Source: Bacteroidia bacterium (lineage in GTDB: Bacteria; Bacteroidota; Bacteroidia; UKL13-3). From it: 64,000 bases of DNA. Positions 22,071-32,632 of the stretch are shown here, in pieces (the first letter of the stretch is position 1; each line of letters starts with the position of its first letter). The position numbers and the translations under genes are program-made. The notes under the pieces are model-generated. The model did no database searches. It had not been told where the DNA came from and was given only the letters and a program-made list of their open reading frames with translations. The stretch covers positions 7,569 through 71,568 of the forward strand of contig JALONK010000008.1 in NCBI GenBank assembly GCA_025454975.1, read 5' to 3'.

Positions 22071-22439
22071 ATGATACAACAAGAATCAAGACTAAAAGTA
22101 GCTGATAACAGTGGAGCCAAAGAAGTACTTTGTATAAGAGTATTAGGTGGAACTGCCAGACGCTATGCCTCAGTAGGCGACAAAATTGTAGTTTCTGTAA
22201 AGAGCGCATTACCATCAGGTGGTGTTAAAAAAGGCGCAGTTTCAAAAGCTGTTGTAGTAAGAACAAGAAAAGAAGTGAGAAGAGCAGACGGTTCATATAT
22301 CCGTTTTGATGATAACTCTTGTGTATTATTAAATGCGCAAGACGAACCAAGAGCTACCCGTATTTTTGGACCGGTTGCTCGTGAGTTGCGTGAAAAACAA
22401 TTTATGAAAATCGTTTCGTTAGCACCGGAGGTATTATAA
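22071..22439 (+). CDS. rplN: 50S ribosomal protein L14
   Basis: 122 aa; [17 protein letters not shown]. Confidence 0.95.
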   Translation: MIQQESRLKVADNSGAKEVLCIRVLGGTARRYASVGDKIVVSVKSALPSGGVKKGAVSKAVVVRTRKEVRRADGSYIRFDDNSCVLLNAQDEPRATRIFGPVARELREKQFMKIVSLAPEVL

Positions 22440-22440
22440 T

Positions 22441-22779
22441 ATGGAAAGAAAGTTTAACAAACAGGCAAAACTACATATCAAAAAAGGTGATATGGTACAG
22501 GTGATTGCCGGTGATGATAAAGGTAAAAAAGGTCGCGTAATTGAAGTACGCAGGTCTGAAAACCGTGCGTTAGTGGAAGGCATAAACATTGTTAGCCGTC
22601 ACACAAAACCAAGTGCGCAAAACCAACAAGGCGGAATTATAAAGAAAGAAGCTCCTGTTCATATCTCAAATTTAAAAGTGATTGATAAATCAGGTACAGC
22701 TACCAGGGTTGGTCGCAAGGTTAACGAACAAGGTAAAATCGTTAGAATTTCAAAAAAATCAGGTGACGTAATTGAATAA
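22441..22779 (+). CDS. rplX: 50S ribosomal protein L24
   Basis: 112 aa; KOW motif [18 protein letters not shown]. Confidence 0.94.
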   Translation: MERKFNKQAKLHIKKGDMVQVIAGDDKGKKGRVIEVRRSENRALVEGINIVSRHTKPSAQNQQGGIIKKEAPVHISNLKVIDKSGTATRVGRKVNEQGKIVRISKKSGDVIE

Positions 22780-22786
22780 GAATAAT

Positions 22787-23332
22787 ATGACCAGTGCAAG
22801 ATTAAAAGAAACCTACAGCAAGCAAGTTGTGCCGGCCTTACAAGAAAAGTTCGGTTACAAAAATGTGATGCAGGTACCAAAGCTTACCAAAATCTGTTTA
22901 AATCAAGGTTTGGGTGCAGCAGTTGCTGATAAAAAGATTGTAGATCAAGCAGTAGAGGAAATGACTATTATAGCAGGTCAGAAAGCTATTGCTACCAAAT
23001 CTAAGAAAGCAATTTCTAACTTCAAGTTAAGAGAAAACATGCCAATTGGCGCCCGCGTAACTTTACGTGGAGATAAAATGTATGAATTTTTAGATCGTTT
23101 AATCTCTATTTCACTTCCTCGTGTTCGTGACTTTTCAGGATTAAATGCTAAAGGTTTCGATGGAAGAGGCAATTACACTATGGGTGTAACTGAACAAATT
23201 ATCTTCCCAGAGATTGTTATCGATAAAGTTAGTCGTATTCATGGTATGGATATAACTTTTGTAACATCAGCAGAAACCGATGAAGAATGTCATGCCTTAT
23301 TAAAAGAATTTGGATTACCATTTAAAAAATAA
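22787..23332 (+). CDS. rplE: 50S ribosomal protein L5
   Basis: ATG at 22787 ([10 protein letters not shown]...) preferred over the ORF-track TTG at 22772, which overlaps rplX. Confidence 0.92.
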   Translation: MTSARLKETYSKQVVPALQEKFGYKNVMQVPKLTKICLNQGLGAAVADKKIVDQAVEEMTIIAGQKAIATKSKKAISNFKLRENMPIGARVTLRGDKMYEFLDRLISISLPRVRDFSGLNAKGFDGRGNYTMGVTEQIIFPEIVIDKVSRIHGMDITFVTSAETDEECHALLKEFGLPFKK

Positions 23333-23341
23333 TTATCTATA

Positions 23342-23611
23342 ATGGCAAAAGAATCAATTAAAGCTCGTCAAGTAAAACGCGAAAAATTAGTAGCTCGTTA
23401 CGCCGAAAAAAGAGCAGCACTTAAAGCAGCAGGTGATTATGATGCATTACAAAAACTGCCTCGCAATTCATCACCGGTGCGTTTAAAAAACCGTTGCAAA
23501 CTTACAGGACGTCCAAAAGGCTACATGCGTGATTTCGGTATTTGCAGAAATCAATTCCGTGAATTAGCCTTGATGGGTAAGATTCCTGGGGTTACCAAAG
23601 CAAGCTGGTAA
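23342..23611 (+). CDS. rpsN: 30S ribosomal protein S14 (long form, 89 aa)
   Basis: [20 protein letters not shown]... Confidence 0.94.
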   Translation: MAKESIKARQVKREKLVARYAEKRAALKAAGDYDALQKLPRNSSPVRLKNRCKLTGRPKGYMRDFGICRNQFRELALMGKIPGVTKASW

Positions 23612-23631
23612 AATAGTAAGAAATAAAATAA

Positions 23632-23679
23632 AGGCGCGGAAATATGGGAGTTTCAAATAATTCCTGTACTTTCGCGCCT
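23632..23679 (+). promoter_or_regulatory. Stable stem-loop inside the unusually long (150 nt) rpsN-rpsH spacer; possible RNA regulatory/processing element
   Basis: AGGCGCGGAAA ... TTTCGCGCCT: 7 GC-rich bp plus G-U and A-U pairs closing a ~27-nt loop; not followed by a U-tract. Confidence 0.3.
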
Positions 23680-23761
23680 CATTTAACAAATTATAAACAT
23701 CACCAAGCCGACAAGAGTAAAAAGCCTTGGCTAACTATCGGATGGTAAAAACTTAAAAAAA

Positions 23762-24160
23762 ATGACAGATCCAATTGCAGATTATTTAACAAGACTGCGC
23801 AATGCGATCAAGGCTAACCATCGTATTGTGGAGATTCCTTCTTCAAGATTGAAGAAAGAAATGACAAAAGTACTTTTCGACAAAGGGTACATTTTAAATT
23901 ACAAATTTGATGATTCAAATGCATCACAAGGAGTAATCAAAATCGCTTTAAAATACCACCCGGTAACTAAAGCGCCGGCCATTAAGAAACTTGAGCGTAT
24001 TTCAACTCCAGGTTTACGTATGTACTCAGGTGTAGATACTATGCCTCGAGTAATTAACGGTTTAGGTATTGCCATCTTAACCACTTCCAAAGGTGTAATG
24101 ACTGACAAAGAAGCTAGGGCTAATAATGTTGGTGGTGAAGTATTGTGTTACGTTTATTAA
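23762..24160 (+). CDS. rpsH: 30S ribosomal protein S8
   Basis: 132 aa; MTDPIADYLTRLRNA. Confidence 0.95.
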   Translation: MTDPIADYLTRLRNAIKANHRIVEIPSSRLKKEMTKVLFDKGYILNYKFDDSNASQGVIKIALKYHPVTKAPAIKKLERISTPGLRMYSGVDTMPRVINGLGIAILTTSKGVMTDKEARANNVGGEVLCYVY

Positions 24161-24175
24161 TAGGAGGGAAGAGAC

Positions 24176-24730
24176 ATGTCACGTATAGGAAAAGCACCAA
24201 TAAAACTACCTGCAGGGGTAGAAGTAAAGGTATCTAATGCTAATTTAGTTACTGTAAAAGGACCAAAAGGAGAATTAACCCAACAAGTTGACGCTGATAT
24301 CACTATATCAGTTGAAAATAATGAATTGTTAGTTAACCGCCCAACCGACCAAAAACGCCACAGAGCATTGCATGGTTTATATAGATCATTGTTAAATAAC
24401 ATGGTATTTGGTGTTACTACCGGATACACTGTAAAGCAAGAGTTAGTGGGGGTTGGTTATAAAGCAACCAATGATGGTAATGTACTTGATTTAACCTTGG
24501 GGTATTCACATCATATTTACTTTGAAATTCCGAAAGAACTTAAAGTAAAAACGGAAACGGAAAAAGGTAAAAACCCAATCATTACGTTAGAAGGTTGCGA
24601 TAAGCAATTAATAGGTCAGGTTGCTGCCAAAATTCGCAGCTTACGCAAACCTGAACCGTACAAAGGAAAAGGTATTAAGTTTGTTGGCGAACAACTTAGA
24701 AGAAAAGCAGGTAAAACGGCATCTAAATAA
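24176..24730 (+). CDS. rplF: 50S ribosomal protein L6
   Basis: 184 aa. Confidence 0.94.
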   Translation: MSRIGKAPIKLPAGVEVKVSNANLVTVKGPKGELTQQVDADITISVENNELLVNRPTDQKRHRALHGLYRSLLNNMVFGVTTGYTVKQELVGVGYKATNDGNVLDLTLGYSHHIYFEIPKELKVKTETEKGKNPIITLEGCDKQLIGQVAAKIRSLRKPEPYKGKGIKFVGEQLRRKAGKTASK

Positions 24731-24742
24731 TAAGAAATCACT

Positions 24743-25096
24743 ATGTCAGTACTTAGTAAGAAACTCGCAAGAAGAACGAAACTCAGAAAAAAAATCCGTA
24801 GCCGTGTATTCGGCACGCCTGAGAAACCTCGTTTATCAGTATTTAGAAGCAATAAAGATATCTATGCTCAACTTATTGATGATGTTCACGGAAAAACAAT
24901 TGCGGCCGCATCATCAAGAGGATTAACAGAAAAGATGACCAATGTTGAGAAGTCAAATTTGGTAGGAAAAGCCCTAGCTGAAAAAGCAAAAGCTGCCGGA
25001 ATCGAGAATTGTGTATTTGACCGTAACGGTTATTTATATCATGGTAGAGTAAAAAGCCTGGCCGAAGGTGCAAGAGAAGGCGGATTAAAATTTTAA
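24743..25096 (+). CDS. rplR: 50S ribosomal protein L18
   Basis: 117 aa. Confidence 0.93.
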   Translation: MSVLSKKLARRTKLRKKIRSRVFGTPEKPRLSVFRSNKDIYAQLIDDVHGKTIAAASSRGLTEKMTNVEKSNLVGKALAEKAKAAGIENCVFDRNGYLYHGRVKSLAEGAREGGLKF

Positions 25097-25114
25097 TAAT
25101 TACCAATTGAAGTT

Positions 25115-25633
25115 ATGTCAACAGCAAACGTAAAAAGAGTTAAAACAACCGAAATAGAATTAAAAGAAAGAGTAGTGGCGATAAACCGTGTGGCTAAAGT
25201 TACAAAAGGTGGTCGTACATTCAGTTTCTCAGCTTTGGTAGTTGTAGGTGATGGTAATGGTATTGTAGGCTATGGCTTAGGCAAAGCAAACGAGGTAACC
25301 GATGCCATACAAAAAGGTATAGATGATGCAAAAAAGAACCTAGTAAAAGTTCCGGTTTTAAAAGGAACCGTTCCGCATGATCAATTAGGCAAATATGGTG
25401 GGGGAAGAGTATACTTACAACCTGCTTCGCATGGTACCGGTGTAATTGCAGGTGGTGCAATGCGTGCAGTTTTAGAAAGTGCCGGAGTTACAGACGTTTT
25501 GGCAAAATCAAAAGGTTCTTCAAATCCGCATAATGTGGTAAAAGCAACTATCAATGCATTATTAAATATGCGTGATGCCTATACCATTGCACAAACCAGA
25601 GGAATTAGTTTAAAGAAAGTATTTAATGGTTAA
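25115..25633 (+). CDS. rpsE: 30S ribosomal protein S5
   Basis: 172 aa; [25 protein letters not shown]. Confidence 0.95.
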   Translation: MSTANVKRVKTTEIELKERVVAINRVAKVTKGGRTFSFSALVVVGDGNGIVGYGLGKANEVTDAIQKGIDDAKKNLVKVPVLKGTVPHDQLGKYGGGRVYLQPASHGTGVIAGGAMRAVLESAGVTDVLAKSKGSSNPHNVVKATINALLNMRDAYTIAQTRGISLKKVFNG

Positions 25634-25637
25634 TATA

Positions 25638-25817
25638 ATGGCTAAAGTTAAAATAACCCAGGTAAAAAGCATTATTGATCGTCCTGAAAATCAAAAAAGA
25701 ACAATTAGAGCATTAGGCTTTACCAAATTAAATCAATCTGTTGAGAAGGATGCAACCCCTCAAATATTAGGTATGATTAAAAAGGTATCGCATCTGCTAA
25801 AAGTTGAAAACATTTAA
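25638..25817 (+). CDS. rpmD: 50S ribosomal protein L30
   Basis: MAKVKITQVKS...; ATG at 25638 just after the rpsE stop, preferred over the overlapping 25626 start. Confidence 0.9.
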   Translation: MAKVKITQVKSIIDRPENQKRTIRALGFTKLNQSVEKDATPQILGMIKKVSHLLKVENI

Positions 25818-25833
25818 TTAGCCCGAAAGAAAG

Positions 25834-26283
25834 ATGAAATTACATACATTAAGACCGGCAAAAGGTGCAACTCATAAAGAAGGTAAGAGAGTTGGCCGTG
25901 GTGAAGGATCAGGTAAAGGTGGAACTGCTGCACGTGGACATAAAGGTGCAGGTTCTCGTTCAGGTACTTCAACAAAACGTGGTTTCGAAGGTGGTCAGAT
26001 GCCTCTATACAGACGTATTCCTAAGTTTGGATTTAAAAGCCTAAATAGGGTTGAATACATTCCGGTTAACTTAGACCGTCTGCAAAAATTGGCTGAAGAG
26101 AAAGGAATTACTACTTTCGATTTAAACACTTTTGTGGAAAATGGATTTGTGTCAAAGAATGATTTAATTAAAGTATTAGGTCGCGGAGAAGTTAAAACGG
26201 CTCTTCAGGTTAAAGCTCATGCTTTCTCAGAAGCTGCTATAAAAGCAATTGAAGCTGCTGGAGGTAAAACTGAAACAATCTAA
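25834..26283 (+). CDS. rplO: 50S ribosomal protein L15
   Basis: 149 aa; Gly/Arg-rich N-terminus. Confidence 0.94.
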   Translation: MKLHTLRPAKGATHKEGKRVGRGEGSGKGGTAARGHKGAGSRSGTSTKRGFEGGQMPLYRRIPKFGFKSLNRVEYIPVNLDRLQKLAEEKGITTFDLNTFVENGFVSKNDLIKVLGRGEVKTALQVKAHAFSEAAIKAIEAAGGKTETI

Positions 26284-26291
26284 TTACACCG

Positions 26292-27647
26292 ATGAAAAAA
26301 CTGATTGACACAATAAAAAATATCTACCGTATCGAGGATTTACGCTATAAACTTGCTTTCACTTTTTGGATGTTAGTTATATACCGCGTTGGAACCTACG
26401 TAACTTTGCCCGGTGTTAATCCAAATATGTTAGGCGGATCAGCCGAACAAGCAAACAGCGGTATTTTTGGTTTAATCAATATGTTTGCCGGTGGTGCCTT
26501 TGCCAGAGGCTCTATCTTTGCATTAGGTATAATGCCTTATATATCTGCTTCAATTGTTGTTCAGTTGTTAACGATGGCAGTGCCTACTTTTCAAAAAATG
26601 CAAAAAGAAGGAGAAGATGGCAGAAGAAAGATTAATCAAATTACAAGGTATTTAACCATCATTATCACCGCAGTGCAATCGGTTGGTTTCTTGGTGAACT
26701 TAAAAAATGAGAATCCAGGAGCTATTATTTCTGCAGTAGATGGTAGTGGTGTATCTGACTTCTTGTTTATGTTCACTTCTGTTGTGGTATTAACTGCAAG
26801 TACAATGTTTGTGCTTTGGTTAGGCGAACGAATCACAGATAAAGGAATAGGTAACGGTGTTTCCCTGATTATCATGATTGGAATTATCGCCCGATTACCT
26901 TTTGCTATAAAAGATGAATTTGTATTCAAGTTTACTGAAGCCGGTGGTGGGTTAGTTATTTTCCTTGTAGAACTCGCTGCATTGTTTGCGATAATTATGG
27001 GGGTAATAACGCTTGTTCAAGGTACAAGAAAAATTCCTGTACAATATGCAAAACGACAAGTTGGTAACCGTCAGGTTGGAGGTGTTCGACAATATTTACC
27101 ATTAAAGGTAAATACTGCAGGAGTTATGCCTATCATCTTTGCTCAAGCTTTGATGTTCATCCCTTCAACGGTAGCTCAGTTTTTCCCTGATTATGAAAGC
27201 ATGCAGGGCCTCATGTCGTTTGTGAACCCAAATTCATTTGCATACAATGCAACCTTTGCAATATTAATTATACTATTTACCTATTTCTACACTGCAATAG
27301 CAGTTAATTCAAATCAAATATCAGATGAGTTGAAACGCAATGGTGGATTTATTCCAGGTGTTAAACCCGGACAATCTACTGCTAGTTTCATTGATAATAT
27401 CATGAGTAGGATAACCCTTCCCGGATCTGTGTTTTTAGCTGTTGTAGCTATACTTCCTTCTTTGGCAAGTGTACTAAACATCAACAGTCAGTTTGCTCAG
27501 TTCTATGGAGGTACATCTTTACTAATTATGATTGGAGTTGTTTTGGATACACTGCAACAAGTAGAAAGTCATTTATTAATGCGTCATTATGATGGATTAA
27601 TGAAGTCGGGTAAGCTTAAAGGAAGAACAGCAGTAGGTGCTGCATAA
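26292..27647 (+). CDS. secY: Preprotein translocase subunit SecY
   Basis: 451 aa, 10 TM helices, sits between rplO and infA. Confidence 0.95.
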   Translation: MKKLIDTIKNIYRIEDLRYKLAFTFWMLVIYRVGTYVTLPGVNPNMLGGSAEQANSGIFGLINMFAGGAFARGSIFALGIMPYISASIVVQLLTMAVPTFQKMQKEGEDGRRKINQITRYLTIIITAVQSVGFLVNLKNENPGAIISAVDGSGVSDFLFMFTSVVVLTASTMFVLWLGERITDKGIGNGVSLIIMIGIIARLPFAIKDEFVFKFTEAGGGLVIFLVELAALFAIIMGVITLVQGTRKIPVQYAKRQVGNRQVGGVRQYLPLKVNTAGVMPIIFAQALMFIPSTVAQFFPDYESMQGLMSFVNPNSFAYNATFAILIILFTYFYTAIAVNSNQISDELKRNGGFIPGVKPGQSTASFIDNIMSRITLPGSVFLAVVAILPSLASVLNINSQFAQFYGGTSLLIMIGVVLDTLQQVESHLLMRHYDGLMKSGKLKGRTAVGAA

Positions 27648-27655
27648 AAATAAAA

Positions 27656-27686
27656 TTGGCGATTTAAAAATAAACTGCTATTTTTG
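27656..27686 (+). promoter_or_regulatory. Putative internal promoter upstream of infA (-33 TTG, 20-nt spacer, -7 TATTTTTG)
   Basis: TTG 27656-27658; TATTTTTG 27679-27686 followed by CAGCCC, the same extended motif as at 5962 and 13738. Confidence 0.4.
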
Positions 27687-27708
27687 CAGCCCTAATAAAA
27701 AATAATAA

Positions 27709-27927
27709 ATGGCAAAACAAGCTCTGATTAAACAAGATGGTGTGATAACCGAAGCGCTTAGTAACGCTATGTTCAGGGTTCGTCTGGAAAATGGTCACGA
27801 GATTATAGCGCATATCTCTGGTAAGATGAGAATGCATTATATAAAGATCCTTCCGGGAGATAAGATATCAGTTGAGATGTCGCCATATGATTTAACAAAA
27901 GGTAGAATTATTTACAGGTATAAGTAA
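27709..27927 (+). CDS. infA: Translation initiation factor IF-1
   Basis: 72 aa; S1-like fold sequence. Confidence 0.95.
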   Translation: MAKQALIKQDGVITEALSNAMFRVRLENGHEIIAHISGKMRMHYIKILPGDKISVEMSPYDLTKGRIIYRYK

Positions 27928-27936
27928 AATAAAGCG

Positions 27937-28053
27937 ATGAAAGTTAGAGCATCTGTTAAAAAACGCAGTGAAGACTGTGTAGTAGTTAAACGTAAAGGAA
28001 GAGTTTACGTGATTAACAAAAAGAATCCAAAGTTTAAACAACGTCAAGGGTAA
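27937..28053 (+). CDS. rpmJ: 50S ribosomal protein L36
   Basis: 38 aa, [38 protein letters not shown]; absent from the ORF track because it is under 60 aa. Confidence 0.9.
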   Translation: MKVRASVKKRSEDCVVVKRKGRVYVINKKNPKFKQRQG

Positions 28054-28062
28054 TAAATAAAT

Positions 28063-28440
28063 ATGGCTCGTATATCAGGTATAGATTTACCAAAAAACAA
28101 GAGAGGTGAGATTGGACTTACCTACATTTTCGGAATTGGCAAAACTACTGCTCAACGTATTTTAACAGAATGCGGTATTGACTGGAGCAAAAAAGTTAGC
28201 GAATGGAATGACGATGAATTAAGTAAAATACGTAAGTATATTACTGATAATATCACTGTTGAAGGTGAACTTCGCTCGGAAAAACAACTAAACATTAAGC
28301 GTTTGCTTGATATTGGTTGTTACAGAGGTTTGCGTCACAGAAAAGGTTTACCTGTAAGAGGTCAACGTACACGTACCAACTCACGTACTCGTAAGGGTAA
28401 ACGTAAGACAGTTGCAGGAAAGAAAAAAGTAACTAAATAA
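28063..28440 (+). CDS. rpsM: 30S ribosomal protein S13
   Basis: 125 aa; [10 protein letters not shown]. Confidence 0.95.
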   Translation: MARISGIDLPKNKRGEIGLTYIFGIGKTTAQRILTECGIDWSKKVSEWNDDELSKIRKYITDNITVEGELRSEKQLNIKRLLDIGCYRGLRHRKGLPVRGQRTRTNSRTRKGKRKTVAGKKKVTK

Positions 28441-28461
28441 TAGGTAATAATAAGAAGTAAA

Positions 28462-28857
28462 ATGGCTACAAATAATTCAAAAAAAGTAAGCAAAAAGAGA
28501 GTCGTTGCAATTGATGCACACGGTCAAGCTCACATAAAAGCTACATTTAACAATATTATTATTTCTATAACCAATGCACAAGGACAAGTAGTTTCTTGGG
28601 CTTCTGCCGGTAAAATGGGCTTCAGAGGTTCAAAAAAGAATACTCCCTACGCTGCTCAAATGGCCGCTCAAGATTGTGCAAAAGTTGCTGTTGATGCAGG
28701 GATGAAAAAAGTAGATGTGTTCGTTAAAGGTCCTGGTTCTGGTCGTGAGTCGGCCGTAAGAACATTACAATCTGCAGGTCTTGATGTTTTATCAATTAGA
28801 GATATTACACCGATGCCTCATAACGGATGTCGTCCATCAAAGAAAAGAAGAGTTTAA
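28462..28857 (+). CDS. rpsK: 30S ribosomal protein S11
   Basis: 131 aa. Confidence 0.95.
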   Translation: MATNNSKKVSKKRVVAIDAHGQAHIKATFNNIIISITNAQGQVVSWASAGKMGFRGSKKNTPYAAQMAAQDCAKVAVDAGMKKVDVFVKGPGSGRESAVRTLQSAGLDVLSIRDITPMPHNGCRPSKKRRV

Positions 28858-28884
28858 TAATACCATTGATTAAGATTATAGAAA

Positions 28885-29493
28885 ATGGCTAGATATATAG
28901 GTCCAAAAACCAAAATTGCCCGCAGATTTAAAGAGCCAATCTTTGGTTCAGATAAATATTTCGATAGAAGAAATACGCCTCCGGGTCAGCATGGTCAAGC
29001 TCGTAAAAGAGCTAAATTAACTGAATATGCTGTTCAGTTGTATGAAAAGCAAAAAGCTAAATATACTTACGGTGTATTAGAGCGTCAGTTCTACAAAACT
29101 TTCGAAACTGCGGCTCGTAAAAAAGGTATTACAGGCGAAAACTTGTTGAAATTTTTAGAAGCAAGATTAGATAATACTGTTTATCGTTTAGGGATAGCTA
29201 GGTCACGTTCACAAGCACGTCAACTTGTTTCTCATTGTCATATTGTTGTTAATGGACAAGTTGTAAATATTCCTTCATACACTTTACGTCCCGGAGATGT
29301 TATTGAAGTACGTGAAAAGTCTAAATCTCTTGAAGTAATCGTTGAATCGTTAGCAGCTAGTAATGCTAAAAAATACAACTGGTTAAACTGGGACGATAAA
29401 GCAATGAAAGGAACATTCCTTGCTTTACCAGAAAGGGAAAATATTCCTGAAAACATAAAGGAACAATTAATCGTAGAATTATACTCTAAATAA
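28885..29493 (+). CDS. rpsD: 30S ribosomal protein S4
   Basis: 202 aa; [14 protein letters not shown]. Confidence 0.95.
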   Translation: MARYIGPKTKIARRFKEPIFGSDKYFDRRNTPPGQHGQARKRAKLTEYAVQLYEKQKAKYTYGVLERQFYKTFETAARKKGITGENLLKFLEARLDNTVYRLGIARSRSQARQLVSHCHIVVNGQVVNIPSYTLRPGDVIEVREKSKSLEVIVESLAASNAKKYNWLNWDDKAMKGTFLALPERENIPENIKEQLIVELYSK

Positions 29494-29507
29494 TAATTAA
29501 TTAGCAA

Positions 29508-30500
29508 ATGGCCATTCTTGCATTTCAAAAACCGGATAAAGTTATCATGCATAAAGAAACTGACTTTTTTGGTCAGTTTGAATTCCGTCCCTTAGAAAAA
29601 GGGTATGGTGTTACTATCGGTAACGCCCTTAGAAGAATTCTTCTTTCATCTTTAGAAGGTTTTGCCATAACATCTGTAAAAATTACAGGCGTTGATCATG
29701 AATTTTCAACGATCAAAGGTGTGATTGAAGATGTTGTTGAAATCGTACTTAATTTAAAACAAGTTCGATTCAAACGTATCATTGATGGCGTTGATACTGA
29801 AAAAATATTTATCAATGTTAAAGGTCAGGAAAAATTTACTGCCGGAGACATTGCTAAACACACCAATACCTTCAAGATTCTTAATCCTGACTTGGTAATT
29901 TGTAACATGGAGTCTTCAGTTCAATTAGAACTTGAAGTAACAGTTGACAAAGGTCGTGGTTACGTTCCTGCCGACGAAAATAAACCAAAGGATGCACCAA
30001 TTGGCTTAATTCCTATGGATGCTATATACACTCCTATTAAAAACGTGAAATATAGCGTAGAAGATTTTCGTGTTGAGCAAAAAACGGATTATGAGAAATT
30101 AGTTCTTGAAATCTCTACAGATGGTTCAATACATCCTGAAGATGCTTTGAAAGAGGCAGCTAAGATATTAATTCAACACTTCATGTTGTTCTCAGATGAA
30201 TTAATAACTTTAGATACCCAAGTTAAAGAAGCACCTCAAGAAGTTGATGAGAATGTGTTGCATATCCGCAAAATACTTAAAACTCCATTGTCTGATTTGG
30301 ATCTTTCAGTAAGAGCTTATAACTGCTTGAAAGCTGCGGATATAAAAACATTGGGTGACTTAGTAAGTTATGATATAGCTGATTTATTAAAGTTCAGAAA
30401 CTTTGGTAAAAAATCATTATCTGAACTAGAAGAGTTAGCAAGAGAAAAAGGTTTAACCTTTGGTATGGAGGTTTCAAAATATTTAGGAAACGAAGAATAA
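29508..30500 (+). CDS. rpoA: DNA-directed RNA polymerase subunit alpha
   Basis: 330 aa; alpha NTD and CTD. Confidence 0.96.
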   Translation: MAILAFQKPDKVIMHKETDFFGQFEFRPLEKGYGVTIGNALRRILLSSLEGFAITSVKITGVDHEFSTIKGVIEDVVEIVLNLKQVRFKRIIDGVDTEKIFINVKGQEKFTAGDIAKHTNTFKILNPDLVICNMESSVQLELEVTVDKGRGYVPADENKPKDAPIGLIPMDAIYTPIKNVKYSVEDFRVEQKTDYEKLVLEISTDGSIHPEDALKEAAKILIQHFMLFSDELITLDTQVKEAPQEVDENVLHIRKILKTPLSDLDLSVRAYNCLKAADIKTLGDLVSYDIADLLKFRNFGKKSLSELEELAREKGLTFGMEVSKYLGNEE

Positions 30501-30542
30501 TTAAAGTAGCTCCGCAACTTTAATATAAAATAATACATTGAG

Positions 30543-31019
30543 ATGAGACACGGTAAAACACATAATCATTTAGGAAGAACTTCTTCACATCGTAAAGCAA
30601 TGCTTTCGAATATGGCTGGTTCGCTTATCATGCATAAACGCATTACAACTACACATGCTAAAGCTAAAGAATTACGCAAGTATTTGGAACCGTTAATAAC
30701 TAAAGCAAAAGATGATAGTACACACTCTCGGAGAATTGCTTTCAGTTATTTAAAAAGCAAAGAGGCAGTTAAAGAACTTTTCGGACCTGTTGCACAAAAG
30801 GTTGCTGATCGTCCGGGTGGATATACTCGCATTCTTAAGTTAATGAACCGTAAAGGTGATAATGCAGAAATGAGTATTATTGAATTGGTTGACTTTAACG
30901 AGGCAATGTTAGCTGAAAAAGCTACCAAAGCTGCTAAGAAAACTACTCGTAGAAGTCGCAAGACCACTAAAAAGGAAGAAGGTACTGAAGAAACTAGTAC
31001 TGAAAACACAGAAGCATAA
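30543..31019 (+). CDS. rplQ: 50S ribosomal protein L17 (charged C-terminal extension)
   Basis: 158 aa; [20 protein letters not shown]. Confidence 0.94.
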   Translation: MRHGKTHNHLGRTSSHRKAMLSNMAGSLIMHKRITTTHAKAKELRKYLEPLITKAKDDSTHSRRIAFSYLKSKEAVKELFGPVAQKVADRPGGYTRILKLMNRKGDNAEMSIIELVDFNEAMLAEKATKAAKKTTRRSRKTTKKEEGTEETSTENTEA

Positions 31020-31040
31020 ATCTTATTTAAATTATAATTA

Positions 31041-31067
31041 AAAAGCCGGAAATACCGGCTTTTTTTA
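31041..31067 (+). terminator. Rho-independent terminator ending the ribosomal superoperon
   Basis: AAAAGCCGG-aaata-CCGGCTTTTTTT. Confidence 0.85.
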
Positions 31068-31073
31068 TGGAAT

Positions 31074-31652
31074 ATGATTATTCATAGAAACACCCTTATC
31101 TCCGAAGACTTATTTGAACGTTACTTTATTTGTGATTTACATCAATGTAAAGGAGCGTGCTGCGTTGAGGGCGATTTCGGGGCGCCACTTCAACAAGAAG
31201 AAGTTGATTTAATCAAGGACGATTTACGCAACATAATGCCTTTTTTATCGGAAGAGGGCAAAGCAGTTATCACCACTAATGGTGTTGTAGAAACTGACAA
31301 AGAAGGTGATTTGGTAACTACATGTAGAACAACAGGTGAATGTAGTTTTGCAATTTATGAAAATGGGTTACTGTCTTGTGGAATGGAAAAAGCGTATCAA
31401 GCAGGAAATACAAATTTTATAAAACCTTTATCATGTCACTTGTATCCGATAAGAATTAACAAGGTTGGTATTTATGACGCTTTAAACTTTCACAAGTGGG
31501 ATATTTGTAATTGTGCATTGAAGTTAGGTAACCAAAATAAAATCCCGGTATTTAGGTTTTTAAAAAATGCGTTAATAAGAAAATATGGTGAAGATTGGTT
31601 TATGGAGTTGGAGCAAATTTATGAAGCTTACCTTCTTGAAAAGAATGCTTAG
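31074..31652 (+). CDS. Conserved Cys-rich hypothetical protein (possibly DUF3109-like)
   Basis: 192 aa with about 11 Cys (CDLHQCKGACC...CRTTGEC...C...CHLYP...CNC); the DUF name is from memory, not verified. Confidence 0.5.
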   Translation: MIIHRNTLISEDLFERYFICDLHQCKGACCVEGDFGAPLQQEEVDLIKDDLRNIMPFLSEEGKAVITTNGVVETDKEGDLVTTCRTTGECSFAIYENGLLSCGMEKAYQAGNTNFIKPLSCHLYPIRINKVGIYDALNFHKWDICNCALKLGNQNKIPVFRFLKNALIRKYGEDWFMELEQIYEAYLLEKNA

Positions 31653-31688
31653 ATGTTAAGCATATCTAAGCATTCATGAGGAAGTAAT

Positions 31689-31931
31689 TTACAAACGTTT
31701 CAGTTTAAACACCTGATACACCATGGCTGCAGTGAAAATAAAAAATAAACCTATTCGTCCTATTCCATTTTCGCCAATGGTTAAGGCATGTAGGAAATAG
31801 CCGGCTGTTAGTGCGCTTACACATGCCCTTATCAGAGTAGTAAATTGCACCTTTTTACTGATTTGATAAGATAGTACAAACAATATTGTCGCACATGACA
31901 ATATGATCAAAATTTCAACATAAGGATTCAT
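31689..31931 (-). CDS. Small membrane protein (3 predicted TM)
   Basis: 80 aa hydrophobic ORF 11 nt downstream of the lipoprotein gene. Confidence 0.45.
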   Translation of the reverse strand: MNPYVEILIILSCATILFVLSYQISKKVQFTTLIRACVSALTAGYFLHALTIGENGIGRIGLFFIFTAAMVYQVFKLKRL

Positions 31932-31942
31932 AATAAAAGTTT

Positions 31943-32632
31943 TTACTTATTCCAAGGTGGGTTAGTACAATATTCTTCCATGCAAAATGCACAACAAAGT
32001 AAGTAGGCCGGGAACACTTCAATGGTAGCTGCACATAATGCCACACAAGCATAAAATTTAGGACCACAGTTTGGCCCGTTGCTTCCACTTCCGCTACTCC
32101 CTGTTCCTTGTCCTTGCTTTAGTTTGGCATAAAATGCATCAAGTTGTTTCGGATTAGCTTTAAAATACTCAAGTTTTTGGGTAATTTGCTTAAGCTTCTC
32201 ATCATCGGATAACAGACAACTTTTACACATAACATTTAGAGATTCTAATTGATAACGTCTATTTAAGGATTCAGAAGCAGTTACAAGCGACATGGCAATT
32301 GAATCAAATTCGACCGGCGAAATATTTAAGGTTTCACAGAATTCAAATTTGTTCATTCCCGCTAATTTTCTCATCTCTCCTCTGTAGGACAGCATTCGAT
32401 TAGCATACTTCTGAGTCCCTTCAATCATGGCCAACCACTCCGGATCACTTGCAATTGATTTTACATCCTGTACACTCATATCCGAAACCTTCGTTGATTG
32501 AGCAGAAGTTGTAGACTGATTTTCTGCTATTTTTTCCTTCTCCTTATCACAAGCATTCATCGTTAACAATAAGAAGCAATAAAATAACATGGCAAAGAAT
32601 ATATTGCCTTTTGGTTTAATTGGTAAATACAT
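31943..32632 (-). CDS. Putative lipoprotein with Gly/Ser linker and Cys-rich hydrophobic C-terminus
   Basis: 229 aa; signal peptide and LLLTMNAC lipobox-like motif; tail ...GTGSSGSGSNGPNCGPKFYACVALCAATIEVFPAYLLCCAFCMEEYCTNPPWNK. Confidence 0.5.
   Translation of the reverse strand: MYLPIKPKGNIFFAMLFYCFLLLTMNACDKEKEKIAENQSTTSAQSTKVSDMSVQDVKSIASDPEWLAMIEGTQKYANRMLSYRGEMRKLAGMNKFEFCETLNISPVEFDSIAMSLVTASESLNRRYQLESLNVMCKSCLLSDDEKLKQITQKLEYFKANPKQLDAFYAKLKQGQGTGSSGSGSNGPNCGPKFYACVALCAATIEVFPAYLLCCAFCMEEYCTNPPWNK

Noticed and set aside
22772-22786. TTG start for rplE overlapping rplX, as in the ORF track
   Set aside because: An ATG at 22787 gives the conserved L5 N-terminus ([10 protein letters not shown]) and avoids the overlap.
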